Shown piece by piece: positions 16,889-26,236 of a stretch of DNA of 36,016 nucleotides. Position 1 is the stretch's first letter. Each line of letters opens with the position of its first letter. A program made the position numbers and the translations under genes. The notes under the pieces are model-generated. The model did no database searches. It was not told the origin of the DNA and was given only the letters and a program-made list of their open reading frames with translations. This stretch comes from a virus (lineage: Duplodnaviria > Caudoviricetes), in IMG/VR virus record IMGVR_UViG_3300034053_000055, positions 1 to 36,016 of that record. One strand, written 5' to 3'.

Positions 16889-17398
16889 TCAGTTATTCAG
16901 AAGCTCGCTGGCCGCCTTGATGAACTTCTGTTTTTTGATGCTAATGTTTTTTTGGTTTCCGCATAGTTTGTTTGCAACACCAAAAAACGCGACCCTATAG
17001 CCTGTGGGTCTGGAAGCAATTTTTTGAATGAGTGAGTGCGCCTCTGCCTCTGTGGTCGAGTTATCGACGCGCAACCCGGCGTTCAATTTGTCGATGTCTT
17101 TGAATGCTGCCTGGTTGATATTGGTGCCTTGCTCGACGCAGAAACGCATCACAGTGCGCAATTCCTGCTTGCTAACGGTGCCATCGGAGCCGGCAAGCCA
17201 GCACAGTGATTCCGTCGCTTCGGGATGATCTTGGCGGCACGCGATAAGCGCTGCGTTGAGTCGCTCCTGGGCCTGCCGTAGTTCTTTTTCCCACTCGCTT
17301 TCGTCGCTGGCTTCTTGCGTTAAAGGTTCAGTCCGATTTTTCTTCAACAGAAAATAAATCACGGCAACGGCAATGCCGATAAAAATGATGGCTTCCAT
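16889..17398 (-). CDS. membrane-anchored protein with a TerB-like domain (immunity-region accessory gene)
   Basis: N-terminal TM segment, LAGSDGTVSKQELRTV resembling the TerB A.aDG.vs..E motif, low GC. Confidence 0.55.
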   Translation of the reverse strand: MEAIIFIGIAVAVIYFLLKKNRTEPLTQEASDESEWEKELRQAQERLNAALIACRQDHPEATESLCWLAGSDGTVSKQELRTVMRFCVEQGTNINQAAFKDIDKLNAGLRVDNSTTEAEAHSLIQKIASRPTGYRVAFFGVANKLCGNQKNISIKKQKFIKAASELLNN

Positions 17399-17463
17399 GT
17401 CTATGACTTTCGTCTAATTGTCAGGAAATATTGTTGCTTGCATCATACGCTTGCGCCATTCCG

Positions 17464-17889
17464 TCATGCAGATAATTTCGGCTTTGCCTTAACACGCCCG
17501 GATGATTTAACAAGGCAGTTGGCGTAGCCGATTAATTCCCGCAGGTCGTCATCGCTCATCTTCTCGGCAATGGTGCATATTATTTGAACCAATGGCCTCG
17601 CAGGCTCCGGCGTTGCTGTATAGGGGGGGGCTGCTATGTCTCTGACTGAGCTAGGCGATTGATTTTGAGGATCGAGCCAGTCTGGAAATGCTTGAGTGAG
17701 TTTTCCGCGGGCTAGTTTCCCGATGCTTCTTTTCTGTCCGCTTTGCATCGGCTTGCCAGAAATAATCTGGTAGATGTACTGCTCGGAAAGCCCGGAAAGC
17801 TCGGCGACGCGATGCCGCCCTTTAAGTGGGTCGATAGAAAAGCGCTTGCACAGCACAATCAGCATCGTGATCAAGTAGTCATCGTTCAT
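17464..17889 (-). CDS. CI-like repressor (XRE HTH, no evident S24 peptidase domain)
   Basis: RHRVAELSGLSEQYIYQIISG...RSIG...WLD, divergent from cro across the operators. Confidence 0.75.
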   Translation of the reverse strand: MNDDYLITMLIVLCKRFSIDPLKGRHRVAELSGLSEQYIYQIISGKPMQSGQKRSIGKLARGKLTQAFPDWLDPQNQSPSSVRDIAAPPYTATPEPARPLVQIICTIAEKMSDDDLRELIGYANCLVKSSGRVKAKPKLSA

Positions 17890-17902
17890 GACGAGCATTT
17901 TG

Positions 17903-17955
17903 CTAGAAAATAATCTAGCGGGCCGCTTGACTAACGGCTAGCGCGCCGCTAGACT
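17903..17955 (+). promoter_or_regulatory. PR promoter with OR operators
   Basis: TTGACT-17-TAGACT (17927-17955). CTAGCGcgcCGCTAG (17938-17952) and CTAGCGggcCGCTTG (17915-17929) match the OL sites. Confidence 0.8.
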
Positions 17956-17962
17956 GCGCCGC

Positions 17963-18205
17963 ATGGACCTCAAACACTATCTTGAACCGCGCGGCCGAGT
18001 TAATGATCTGGCTGCCCTCATAGGCGCACCTAGTGCGCTCGTCAGCCAGTGGAAAACCGGAGTCCGAAAAGTCCCCGCCGAGCGCTGCCCCGCCATCGAG
18101 CGCGCCACGGGCGGCGCGGTGCGCTGCGAGGATCTGCGGCCCGATGTCGATTGGGCCTACCTGCGCGCCACGGATTGCCCGGTGACAGAAAGGGAGGCGG
18201 CTTGA
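17963..18205 (+). CDS. cro: Cro/YdaS-family transcriptional regulator
   Basis: LAALIG...VSQWKTGVRKVPAERCPAIERATGGAVRCEDLRPDVDW. Confidence 0.88.
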   Translation: MDLKHYLEPRGRVNDLAALIGAPSALVSQWKTGVRKVPAERCPAIERATGGAVRCEDLRPDVDWAYLRATDCPVTEREAA

Positions 18206-18309
18206 GATGAGCGAACTAATGCTCGATTTTGCCAATCTGGCCGCGCTGGTTGCGATCTGGATTGAGTTGCGCACCTCCCGCACGAAAGCGGAGGCCGAAC
18301 ATGCGGCGG

Positions 18310-18495
18310 TCAGCCGCCGAGCTTCTGGACGACAAGAGGCCGAAACTCGGTGAGTTCGGCGATGGCGACCTCGATGTATGGCCAGATTTCGTCCGGGCGC
18401 CCGGGTACGCAGTCCGGGTTGTGCGCTTTGAGCTTCCGGGCTCTTTCCAGAACGAAAAAGGTGAGCAGCAGTTCTGCTGCCGATGTGGTTTCCAT
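18310..18495 (-). CDS. small hypothetical protein
   Basis: AAAGGA RBS, 61 aa, antisense between cro and the next regulator. Confidence 0.45.
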   Translation of the reverse strand: METTSAAELLLTFFVLERARKLKAHNPDCVPGRPDEIWPYIEVAIAELTEFRPLVVQKLGG

Positions 18496-18779
18496 GGCCA
18501 GTCCTTTCGGTGGTGTCGGTGGGTGGTACCTCGATTCTATCCGTCATGGACTGGCCGCCTTTTCCTCCCGCTGCTCCTCTGCCCGGTCCGCCGGGCTTCG
18601 GCCGGCCTTCGGGTCGGCCGCTTTCTATTCCGGGGGTCGGCATTGAAAACGCCGGCCGCCAAGCACCCATCCCCCGCCGCCCGCCGGCGGGAGCAGCTGC
18701 GGCAGGAGCGCCTGCGCGCCCTGGCGCGCTATCCGCATGCCCCGGCCCGGCCGGTTTCTGGAAAACGGAGCATTCCCCT

Positions 18780-19010
18780 ATGAGCGCTGAACTCAAGGAT
18801 TTCCGCGGCAAACTCACGCCCCTGTCCTGGTGCTGGCTGGAGGCCGAGCACCGGGCGACCGGGCGCGACCAGTCGGAGATCGTCCGGGAGTTGGTGCATG
18901 CGTGGGCGGCGCAGAAGTCCATGGCCTCCATTGAAGCGCACCGCCTCATGGAAGCCGAGGGAATCGCAGGGAACATCGGGGAACGTCAGGGAGCGGCAGG
19001 GAAGCGCTGA
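18780..19010 (+). CDS. small ribbon-helix-helix-like regulator (CII position)
   Basis: GGAG RBS. WLEAEHRATGRDQSEIVRELVHAW. Confidence 0.55.
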   Translation: MSAELKDFRGKLTPLSWCWLEAEHRATGRDQSEIVRELVHAWAAQKSMASIEAHRLMEAEGIAGNIGERQGAAGKR

Positions 19011-19219
19011 TGTCCATGCCGACGATCAAGTCCTGGGTGGACCTGCTGCGCGAAGTGTTTGGTGCGGCCGAAATCGACGCCGCCCTGCGGCAGTTCGGCT
19101 ACCTGGCCAGCGAAGGCGGTCGCGAGATCGACACCCGCAAGGACAAGGCCGAGCGCGGCTTTACCCTGGCCGAAATGGTCGTGCTGCGCCCGCGCGAAGA
19201 GGTCAAGCGTGGTCGATAA
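19010..19219 (+). CDS. hypothetical protein
   Basis: TGATG coupling, 69 aa, overlaps the primase start. Confidence 0.55.
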   Translation: MSMPTIKSWVDLLREVFGAAEIDAALRQFGYLASEGGREIDTRKDKAERGFTLAEMVVLRPREEVKRGR

Positions 19220-21365
19220 ACGGATCGACGTCGATGCGCTGCTGGCGACGGTCGATATCGTCCAGGTCATCGATGCCTATGTCCCGCTGACGAAGAGCGG
19301 CGGCGAATTCGAGGCCTGCTGCCCGTTTCACAGCGAGGCGACGCCCTCGTTCAAGGTCAGCCCGGCCAAACAGTTCTACCACTGCTTCGGCTGCGGCGCG
19401 CACGGCAGCGCGCTCGATTTCCTGGTGCAGTACCGGGGCCTCGACTTCCTCGATGCCGCCGCCGAACTGGGGGCCGCGCTCGGCGAGCGTTCCGCCGTTC
19501 CGCCGCGTTCCGAAACGCCGCCGCCGCGTTCCGCCGCCCGCGAAAAGGCCCGGTCGCCATGGGTGCCGGTAGTGCCGGCGCCGGCCGATGCGCCGCCCCC
19601 GCCGGCCGCCCACTATGCCCGCGGCCGCCCGCAGAAGGTCTGGACCTACCGCGATGGCGAAGGCCGGGTGCTCGGCTACGTCTATCGTTTCGTCACGTCG
19701 GACGGCGGCAAGGAAGTCCTGCCCGTCGTCTGGGCCCGCCACGAAGACACCGCCGCCACCGAATGGCACTGGATGACCTGGCCGGAGCCGAATCGGCCGC
19801 TCTACGGCCTGGACCGCCTCGCCGCCAAGCCCGAGGCCGTCGTCCTGCTGGTCGAGGGCGAAAAATGCGCCGATGCCGGGCATGACGAACTGCCCGACTT
19901 CGCGGTCGTGTCCTGGCCGGGCGGCGGCAAGGCCGACGGCAAGGTCGATTGGTCGCCGCTGGCCGGCCGAAAAGTGGTGACCTGGGCCGATGCCGACGCC
20001 AAGCGCGTGCCACTGACGCCGGCCGAACGCGACGCTGGCCTGACGAAAGACGCCAAGCCCCTGCTGCCGCTCGAACAGCAGCCCGGCTATCAGACCATGG
20101 CGCGCATCCGCGAGCGGCTGCGTTCCATGGGCTGCGCGCTCTGGGACGTGCGTTTGCCGCCCCTGGGCAGCCAGCCGGATGGCTGGGACATCGCCGACGC
20201 GGTCATGGATGGCCTGCGCGGCCCGGAATTGGTCAAATTCCTCCGCGAAAACACCCGTTCCGCCGTTCCGCAGCGGCCGGCTGAAATCGCGGAACAGCCA
20301 CATGGCGAGGGCGTTTCCAGCGGAACGGAGCCGCCGCCGCGCGGAGAGAAACGCGGCAGCAGCGGGCCTTTGCTCATCGACGCCACGGTCTGGCTCGACC
20401 AGGCGCAGCCCATGGAATGGATCATCGACGGCCTGATCCAGCGCGGCCAGCTCTACGCCATGACCGCGATCACCAACCACGGCAAGACGGCCATCGGCCT
20501 GCTCATGGCCATGGCCGTCGCCGCCGGGCGGCAGTTCGCCCAGCGCGACATCCTGCCCGGAAAAGTTTTGATCCTGTGCGGCGAAAACCCGGACGGCTTT
20601 CGTACCCGCCTCGACGCCACGCTCGACCACATGGGTCTGGAGCGCACCGACATCGCCGGCCGCGTCGTCGTCCTGCCGCAGGCCCTGCCGCTGGCCGGAT
20701 GTGCCGAACAGATCCTCGAAGAGGCGCGGGCAGGGCAGGGCGACTACTCGCTCGTCCTGGTCGATACCTCGATCAGCTACTACAGCGGCGACGACGAGGA
20801 CGACAACCTGCAGGCGCGTACCCACGCCTGGCACCTGCGCGCCCTGGCCGAGCTGCCGGGCCGCCCGGCCATCATCGCCAACTGCCACCCGACCAAGAGC
20901 GCCGACCGCGACACCCTCCTGCCCAGGGGCGGCGGCGCCTTCCTGAACGAAATCGATACGAACCTCACCGTATTCGCCGAAGGCGAGACCGCGCACCTGC
21001 ACTGGCACCGGAAAAAGCGCGGCCCGGATTTCGACCCGATCCCCTTCGAGTTCCACGGCAAGACCATCGAGGAACACGGGCGCAAGGTGCCCACGGTGGT
21101 CGCCGCGCACATCACGGAACAGCGGGCGCTCGAACTGAAAAAAGCGCGCACCGAGGCCGAAAACCGGCTGCTGTTCGCAATGCTGCGGCACCCGGATTCG
21201 AACTACGCCGAGTGGGCCTCGGCCTGCGGCTGGAATGGCGACAAGGCGAAAAGCCGCGTCCATCGGACGATGGAGCGGCTGAAGGAAGACAAGCTGGTCA
21301 CGAAGTACCGGGGATCGTTGAAGCTGACGAAACTCGGCGAGGAAGAAGCGAAGCGAATCAACTAG
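19209..21365 (+). CDS. primase-helicase fusion (CHC2 zinc finger, TOPRIM, RepA/AAA_25-like helicase)
   Basis: CCPFHSEATPSF..FYHCFGCG, VLLVEGEKCAD, DAD, Walker A TAITNHGKT, Walker B LVLVD. Confidence 0.88.
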   Translation: MVDKRIDVDALLATVDIVQVIDAYVPLTKSGGEFEACCPFHSEATPSFKVSPAKQFYHCFGCGAHGSALDFLVQYRGLDFLDAAAELGAALGERSAVPPRSETPPPRSAAREKARSPWVPVVPAPADAPPPPAAHYARGRPQKVWTYRDGEGRVLGYVYRFVTSDGGKEVLPVVWARHEDTAATEWHWMTWPEPNRPLYGLDRLAAKPEAVVLLVEGEKCADAGHDELPDFAVVSWPGGGKADGKVDWSPLAGRKVVTWADADAKRVPLTPAERDAGLTKDAKPLLPLEQQPGYQTMARIRERLRSMGCALWDVRLPPLGSQPDGWDIADAVMDGLRGPELVKFLRENTRSAVPQRPAEIAEQPHGEGVSSGTEPPPRGEKRGSSGPLLIDATVWLDQAQPMEWIIDGLIQRGQLYAMTAITNHGKTAIGLLMAMAVAAGRQFAQRDILPGKVLILCGENPDGFRTRLDATLDHMGLERTDIAGRVVVLPQALPLAGCAEQILEEARAGQGDYSLVLVDTSISYYSGDDEDDNLQARTHAWHLRALAELPGRPAIIANCHPTKSADRDTLLPRGGGAFLNEIDTNLTVFAEGETAHLHWHRKKRGPDFDPIPFEFHGKTIEEHGRKVPTVVAAHITEQRALELKKARTEAENRLLFAMLRHPDSNYAEWASACGWNGDKAKSRVHRTMERLKEDKLVTKYRGSLKLTKLGEEEAKRIN

Positions 21366-21459
21366 CGCCTGCCGATATCACAGCCGGGTCGTTTGAGTGC
21401 GTCACCGGGGAATCAAAGTCGTCAGGATGAGGTAGTGGCAGGCCGCACGGCCGATGCTG

Positions 21460-21702
21460 CGGGAACGAAAGCGAGACAGGGAAAGAACAGTTCCGGAACT
21501 GTTCCGCCGGTGCGGAACGAAACGGAACAAAGCGGAACGCGATGGAACGGCGAGGCGAGTTTTCGCCTGTTTTTTGGGCTTTTCGTTCCATGCCCCGGCG
21601 GGGTTTGGGTTTTTTCCCTCCCGTAGGGAGGGGAAAAAAACCCAAGAACCACCCCGCCGGCTGGGTCGGCAGATCGGAACGAGGAAAGGAGTGGAACGGA
21701 AC
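21460..21702. repeat. putative replication origin with GGAAC iterons and palindromes
   Basis: Many GGAAC(G)/GTTCC copies, perfect palindrome GAACAGTTCCGGAACTGTTC (21485-21504), inverted repeat about 21601-21650, directly after the primase-helicase. Confidence 0.6.
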
Positions 21703-22497
21703 GTGCTGAAGATCGAGATTAAAGGGCTGGAAGCGGTACAGCAGCGGCTGGCTGGGATGCAGAAGCAGGTGCGCTACGCCGCCAGTCGCGCGCTGAACAA
21801 CGTCGCCTTTGCCGTCAATGCCGAGATCAAGGAGGAAATGCAGCGGACCTTCAGGGGTGGCGCCACGCCTTACACCTTGGCGGCATTCCGGGTCACAAAA
21901 GCCACCCGGGAGAATCTGACGGCGGCAGTCGCCTTGCGCGGCGACAGTGGTGGAAAGGCGCGGTCCTATGACGTGACCCTGAAGCACCTTTTCTCCGGTG
22001 GGTCGCGGACATGGAAGGGCGTGGAGGGCGCATTCAGGCGCCTCGGTGTCCTGCCGGATGGCGACATGATTGTGCCGGGAACCGGCTGCCCGCTGGATAG
22101 CTACGGCAACCCGCCGCGCGGACTGATCGTGCAGTTGATCAGCTACTTCAACGGGTTCGGCGAGCAGGGGTACAAGGCCAACATGAGCGACAAGCGCCGC
22201 GCCAGTTTGGCCAAGGTCGGAAGATCGGCCAGCGGTTACAAGACGATCGGCGGCGTGCAGTACTTCGTCAGTCGAGGAAAAGGGCAATGGTACGGTCGCC
22301 GGCAGCATCTGCCGGCCGGGATATGGGCAAAGACGGGCACACATGGCGCCGACGTCAAACCGATGTTCATGTTCGTGCGGAAAGGCAGGTGGCGTCGATT
22401 CATTGATCTCCAGCGCATCGGCGAGCATGTCGTCGGCCGCCGCTGGCAGGATGAGTTCAATCGCGAGCTTGCCGCCGCGCTGGAGAGCGCCAAATGA
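21703..22497 (+). CDS. lambda gpZ-like minor tail/neck protein
   Basis: AAGGAG RBS and GTG start. KQVRYAASRALNNVAF...ATPYTL...LPAGIW. Confidence 0.6.
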   Translation: MLKIEIKGLEAVQQRLAGMQKQVRYAASRALNNVAFAVNAEIKEEMQRTFRGGATPYTLAAFRVTKATRENLTAAVALRGDSGGKARSYDVTLKHLFSGGSRTWKGVEGAFRRLGVLPDGDMIVPGTGCPLDSYGNPPRGLIVQLISYFNGFGEQGYKANMSDKRRASLAKVGRSASGYKTIGGVQYFVSRGKGQWYGRRQHLPAGIWAKTGTHGADVKPMFMFVRKGRWRRFIDLQRIGEHVVGRRWQDEFNRELAAALESAK

Positions 22498-22505
22498 TCG
22501 GCGCC

Positions 22506-22548
22506 GGGTCCTCCCCCAAACATCCCCGCAAGGGTAATGCGAACCGCG
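22506..22548 (+). other. putative cos site (cosQ GGGTCCT and cosN-like GGGTAATGCGAACC)
   Basis: Exact lambda cosQ heptamer 19 bp before a GGGTAATGCGAACC element, upstream of a lambda-type terminase. Confidence 0.55.
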
Positions 22549-22590
22549 ATTGGGCGCTAGTTTTGAGGTTTTTCTAAGGGGGTTCCGGGC

Positions 22591-23244
22591 ATGGGAATGG
22601 ACGAGTCGCTGAACCTGTTCGATTTCGATCTGGAGTCAGATCCGGCGCTAAATCTGTTGATCGAGGGAGCCTGTCGGTCGGCGTCGGCCGTGCGGACGGT
22701 TTGCCGGACGGAAGCGCGCCGCGCCCGGTCCGAAGCGGTCCTGGCCGACATTCTGCCAGCCGTGGTTGAGCAGGGCGAGGCCTGGCATGTGATGTCCGCC
22801 GGCGATGTCGATGCGCTGTCATACCTGGCGCACCTGCTGAAAGCCACGCCAATGGACTACGTCGCTTTTTCGACGTGGTGTATGGCGATCGAGGACGTCT
22901 ATCGCCTCGCCGACTGGCCGGCCGATGGCAGCATCGGCCGGCTCGATGCCTACGTCGGCGAGATTTTCTCGGGCAGCTACGCTAAAGAGCACGCTGCGCT
23001 GTGCGATGTCGTGCGCCGCTGCGGCGGCCGCGTCGCCATCTTCCGCAACCACAGCAAAGTGTTTCTTTGCCGCGCGGGCGAGCGCGCCTGGGTGATCGAA
23101 AGCAGCGCCAACATCAACACCAACCCGCGTACCGAAAACACGGTCATCACCGCCGACGTCGGCCTGTACCTGCATCACAAGGCGTGGTTTGACTCCATTA
23201 AATCGTTCGCCCGCGACTTCGACGACTGGAGCCCGGCGACATGA
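22591..23244 (+). CDS. phospholipase D-like (HxK) domain protein
   Basis: RNHSKVFL...WVIESSANINTNPRTE resembles a degenerate single HKD motif with the GSxN/E segment. Confidence 0.6.
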   Translation: MGMDESLNLFDFDLESDPALNLLIEGACRSASAVRTVCRTEARRARSEAVLADILPAVVEQGEAWHVMSAGDVDALSYLAHLLKATPMDYVAFSTWCMAIEDVYRLADWPADGSIGRLDAYVGEIFSGSYAKEHAALCDVVRRCGGRVAIFRNHSKVFLCRAGERAWVIESSANINTNPRTENTVITADVGLYLHHKAWFDSIKSFARDFDDWSPAT

Positions 23245-23927
23245 GCAAGGACGCCGGCGTCACGCACGACACCGCCGCCCGCCTGATCGGCATCGCGCCA
23301 GTCGAGCTGGAGCGCCTGGTGCGCGATGGATTCATCCGTCGCAATGACCGCAATGCCTACAGCGTGCCGGTCCTCATCGAGCACTACGTCGCCTGGATCA
23401 AGGCCAGCGTCACCGGTACGCTGGGCCATCCGAAACAGGCCGACGTCGCCGCGCACCTTGACCTGTCCGCCCGCAGCGTCCGCGAACTCGAATTGCGCCT
23501 CGCGTTGCCGCCCGACTACTCCCTGCACGATTTCCGGATTGCCTACATCCGCCACCTGCGCGAGACCGCCGCCGGGCGGGCCGCGTCCGGCGATCTCGAC
23601 CTCGCCACCGAGCGGGCCCGTCTGGCCTCGGAACAGGCCGACCGGATTGCCATGCAGAACGCCGTCGCCCGCGGCGAGCTGGCGCCGGTGTCGTTGATCG
23701 AAGAAGTGCTGACCAAGGCGGCCGCGAAGATCGCCGGGATTTTCGACGCCATCCCGGGCATGGTGCGCCGCCGCGTGCCGTCCCTGGGGGCCGCCGAGAT
23801 CGATCTGATCGCCGACGAGATCGCCAAGGCGCGCAACAGCGTCGCCTCGATTTCGCTGGCGGATCTCAAAATCGACGACGAGGTGGACGCCTCGTCACCT
23901 CCTGACCTGGACGATGGGCGCGTTTGA
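23241..23927 (+). CDS. terS: terminase small subunit (Nu1-like)
   Basis: N-terminal HTH-like segments and LATERARLASEQADRIAMQNAVARGEL coiled coil, directly upstream of the large subunit. Confidence 0.82.
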   Translation: MSKDAGVTHDTAARLIGIAPVELERLVRDGFIRRNDRNAYSVPVLIEHYVAWIKASVTGTLGHPKQADVAAHLDLSARSVRELELRLALPPDYSLHDFRIAYIRHLRETAAGRAASGDLDLATERARLASEQADRIAMQNAVARGELAPVSLIEEVLTKAAAKIAGIFDAIPGMVRRRVPSLGAAEIDLIADEIAKARNSVASISLADLKIDDEVDASSPPDLDDGRV

Positions 23928-25902
23928 CGCTGGCCTGCATCGGCACCTCAGCCGTGGGCTCGAAGCCTTCGGCGTGCCGGCGCCCATCACGCTCGAAGAA
24001 TGGGCGCGGGAGCACTTCTACCTGTCGGCCGAGTCGAGCTACGTCGAGCAAGCATGGGCGCCCTGGTGGTTTCAGTGCGCCATCATGGCCTGCATCAGCA
24101 ACGACGACATTCGCGAGGTTATTTGGCGAAAGCCTGCGCGCGTCGGCGCCACCAAGATCATCCTGGCTGCCATCGGCTACACCGCCGAGCACAAGCGCCG
24201 CAACCAGGCGCTCTGGCAGCCCACCGACGACGACCGCGACGAGTTTGTCAAGGCCGAACTCGAGCCGATGCTGCGCGACGTCGCCGCCATGCAGCGGGTT
24301 TTCCCGGCCTTCCTGCGCCGCGACAAGGACAACACCCTGCAGGCCAAGAAGTTCCTGGGCTCGCTGTTGCACCTCAAGGGTGGAAAGGCGGCGAAGAACT
24401 ACCGCCGAATCAGCGTCGATACCGCCTACCTCGACGAATACGACGCATTCGACGCCAACATCGAAAAAGAGGGCGACCCCGGCACGCTGGCCGCCAAGCG
24501 TGTCGAAGGGGCCACATTCCCGAAGATCGTCTTCGCCAGCACCCCGAAGCTCAAGGGTTTCTCGAACATCGAGAAGCGCGAGCGGGATGCCGACCTGCTG
24601 GTCACGCCGGAAATCCCCTGCCCGGAATGCGGCGAATTCCACGCCCTCACCTGGGGCGGGAAAGACGACCCGCACGGCTTCAAGTGGCAGGACGACGATC
24701 CGGACACGGTCCGCCACCTCTGCCCCCATTGCGGCGGCCTGATCGACCAGGCGCAGTACCTGGCCGCCGCCGATCCCGACCGCTGCCGATACCGCGCCGA
24801 GGACGGCACCACGCTCGACCGCCGCGGCATCTTCCGCGATGCCGCTGGCGCGATCGTCCGCGCCCCTGAACGTATCGCCTTCGTCGGCGTCTGGAGCGCC
24901 TACAGCCCGAACGTCTCCTGGGCCGGCATCGTCAGGGACTTCCTCGCCGCCAAGCGAGAGGCCGGCGAAGGGAAAAAGGAAAAGCTCCAGGCCTTCGTCA
25001 ATACCACCCTCGGCGACTACTGGGCCGAGGAGTACGAAAAATCGGACGAGAACGAACTGCGCGCCCGTGCCGAGCCCTACCCGCTTGGGCGCTGCCCCAT
25101 GGGCTGCCTGCTCCTCCTCGCCGGCATCGACACCCAGCCGAACCGGCTGGAGGTCGGCGTCCGGGGCTACGGCCGCGGCTGCGAATCCTGGGCGATCGAC
25201 CATAGGGTCTTCTTCGGAAACCCGAACGAGGACGAGGTCTGGCACGAGCTTGAGGAGTACCTGTTCGAGACCGACTTCCCGCACGCCGCCGGCAGTCGCC
25301 TGCGCATCGCCGGCGCCGCCATCGATACCGGTGGCCACAACACCCACGCCGTCTATCACTGGTCGGCCAAGCACGCGCGCCACAAGGTCTTCGCCGTCAA
25401 GGGCCGCAGCGGCCGCGAGCGCAGCATCAAGGACGGCGCCAGCAAGGTCGACATCGACTGGCGCGGCCGGCTGCGCAAGCACGGCCTCGTCCTCTGGCAC
25501 GTCGGCACCGCGCATGCCAAGGACCTCCTGCACGGCCGCCTGCAGATCCAGCGGCCAGGGCCCGGCTACATGCACTTCAGCGCCGAGCTGTCCGACGAGT
25601 GGTATCGCCAGTTCACCGGCGAGGCCCGCACCACGCGCCGCACCTCCCGCGGCGACGAATCGAGCTGGACCCCGACCCGCAAGCGGATCGAGGCCTGGGA
25701 CTGCACCGTCTACATCGTCTGGCTCGAATCGTATTTTGAACTGGCCAAGAAGCCGGCCAAATACTGGGACGACCTGGCCGAAAAAGTACAGCCGGCCGTC
25801 CCAGACCTGTTTGATTCGCCGGCAGCGAGCGTGCCGCCGGTTGCCTATCCCAAACCACAGCAGGCCGTGCGCCGCATCGGCCGAATCGGGGGTTTTTCAT
25901 GA
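23914..25902 (+). CDS. terL: terminase large subunit (lambda gpA family)
   Basis: KPARVGAT Walker A, LDEYD, ASTP, CPECG/CPHCG, AGIDTQPNR, IDTGG. Confidence 0.93.
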   Translation: MGAFDAGLHRHLSRGLEAFGVPAPITLEEWAREHFYLSAESSYVEQAWAPWWFQCAIMACISNDDIREVIWRKPARVGATKIILAAIGYTAEHKRRNQALWQPTDDDRDEFVKAELEPMLRDVAAMQRVFPAFLRRDKDNTLQAKKFLGSLLHLKGGKAAKNYRRISVDTAYLDEYDAFDANIEKEGDPGTLAAKRVEGATFPKIVFASTPKLKGFSNIEKRERDADLLVTPEIPCPECGEFHALTWGGKDDPHGFKWQDDDPDTVRHLCPHCGGLIDQAQYLAAADPDRCRYRAEDGTTLDRRGIFRDAAGAIVRAPERIAFVGVWSAYSPNVSWAGIVRDFLAAKREAGEGKKEKLQAFVNTTLGDYWAEEYEKSDENELRARAEPYPLGRCPMGCLLLLAGIDTQPNRLEVGVRGYGRGCESWAIDHRVFFGNPNEDEVWHELEEYLFETDFPHAAGSRLRIAGAAIDTGGHNTHAVYHWSAKHARHKVFAVKGRSGRERSIKDGASKVDIDWRGRLRKHGLVLWHVGTAHAKDLLHGRLQIQRPGPGYMHFSAELSDEWYRQFTGEARTTRRTSRGDESSWTPTRKRIEAWDCTVYIVWLESYFELAKKPAKYWDDLAEKVQPAVPDLFDSPAASVPPVAYPKPQQAVRRIGRIGGFS

Positions 25903-26168
25903 CCACAGGAGTCTCCCAGATGATCGACACCATGCTCCGCGAACTCGAAACCGCCCTGGCGCAGGGCATGACCCGCGACGAAGCGCGGCTGCGCGCCGAA
26001 GTGGCCGTCCGCCGCGAGTATGCCGGCGAGCGCGTCTATGTCGCCGCGCTGCCCGCGCAGGCGCGGTCGGTGCAGCTGGCCGAGCTGGGTAAGCGCCGGC
26101 AGATCGACCTTGCCCTGGCGACCGGCCTGACCGTGCGCCGCGTCCGGCAGATTCAGCGCGGCCGCTGA
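25899..26168 (+). CDS. Mor/C-family late transcription activator
   Basis: EYAGERVYV motif plus C-terminal HTH (LALATGLTVRRVRQI). Confidence 0.7.
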   Translation: MTTGVSQMIDTMLRELETALAQGMTRDEARLRAEVAVRREYAGERVYVAALPAQARSVQLAELGKRRQIDLALATGLTVRRVRQIQRGR

Positions 26169-26236
26169 CAGGAAATTTTTTGCCTTAACTTCATCCCTGC
26201 CGGGCGGCATCCTGCGGCCATCCTTAAGGAGGCCGC
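26164..26236 (+). repeat. 73-bp direct repeat copy 1 (putative late promoter and RBS)
   Basis: 71/73 identical to 32998-33070, ends in AAGGAGGCCGC before the start codon. Confidence 0.9.

Noticed and set aside
18207-18353. 48-aa ORF right after cro
   Set aside because: Has a plausible RBS but is short, overlaps an opposite-strand ORF and has no recognisable motif, so support is insufficient
19203-21263. 686-aa minus-strand ORF
   Set aside because: Shadow of the primase-helicase gene
23866-25575. 569-aa minus-strand ORF
   Set aside because: Shadow of the terminase large subunit gene
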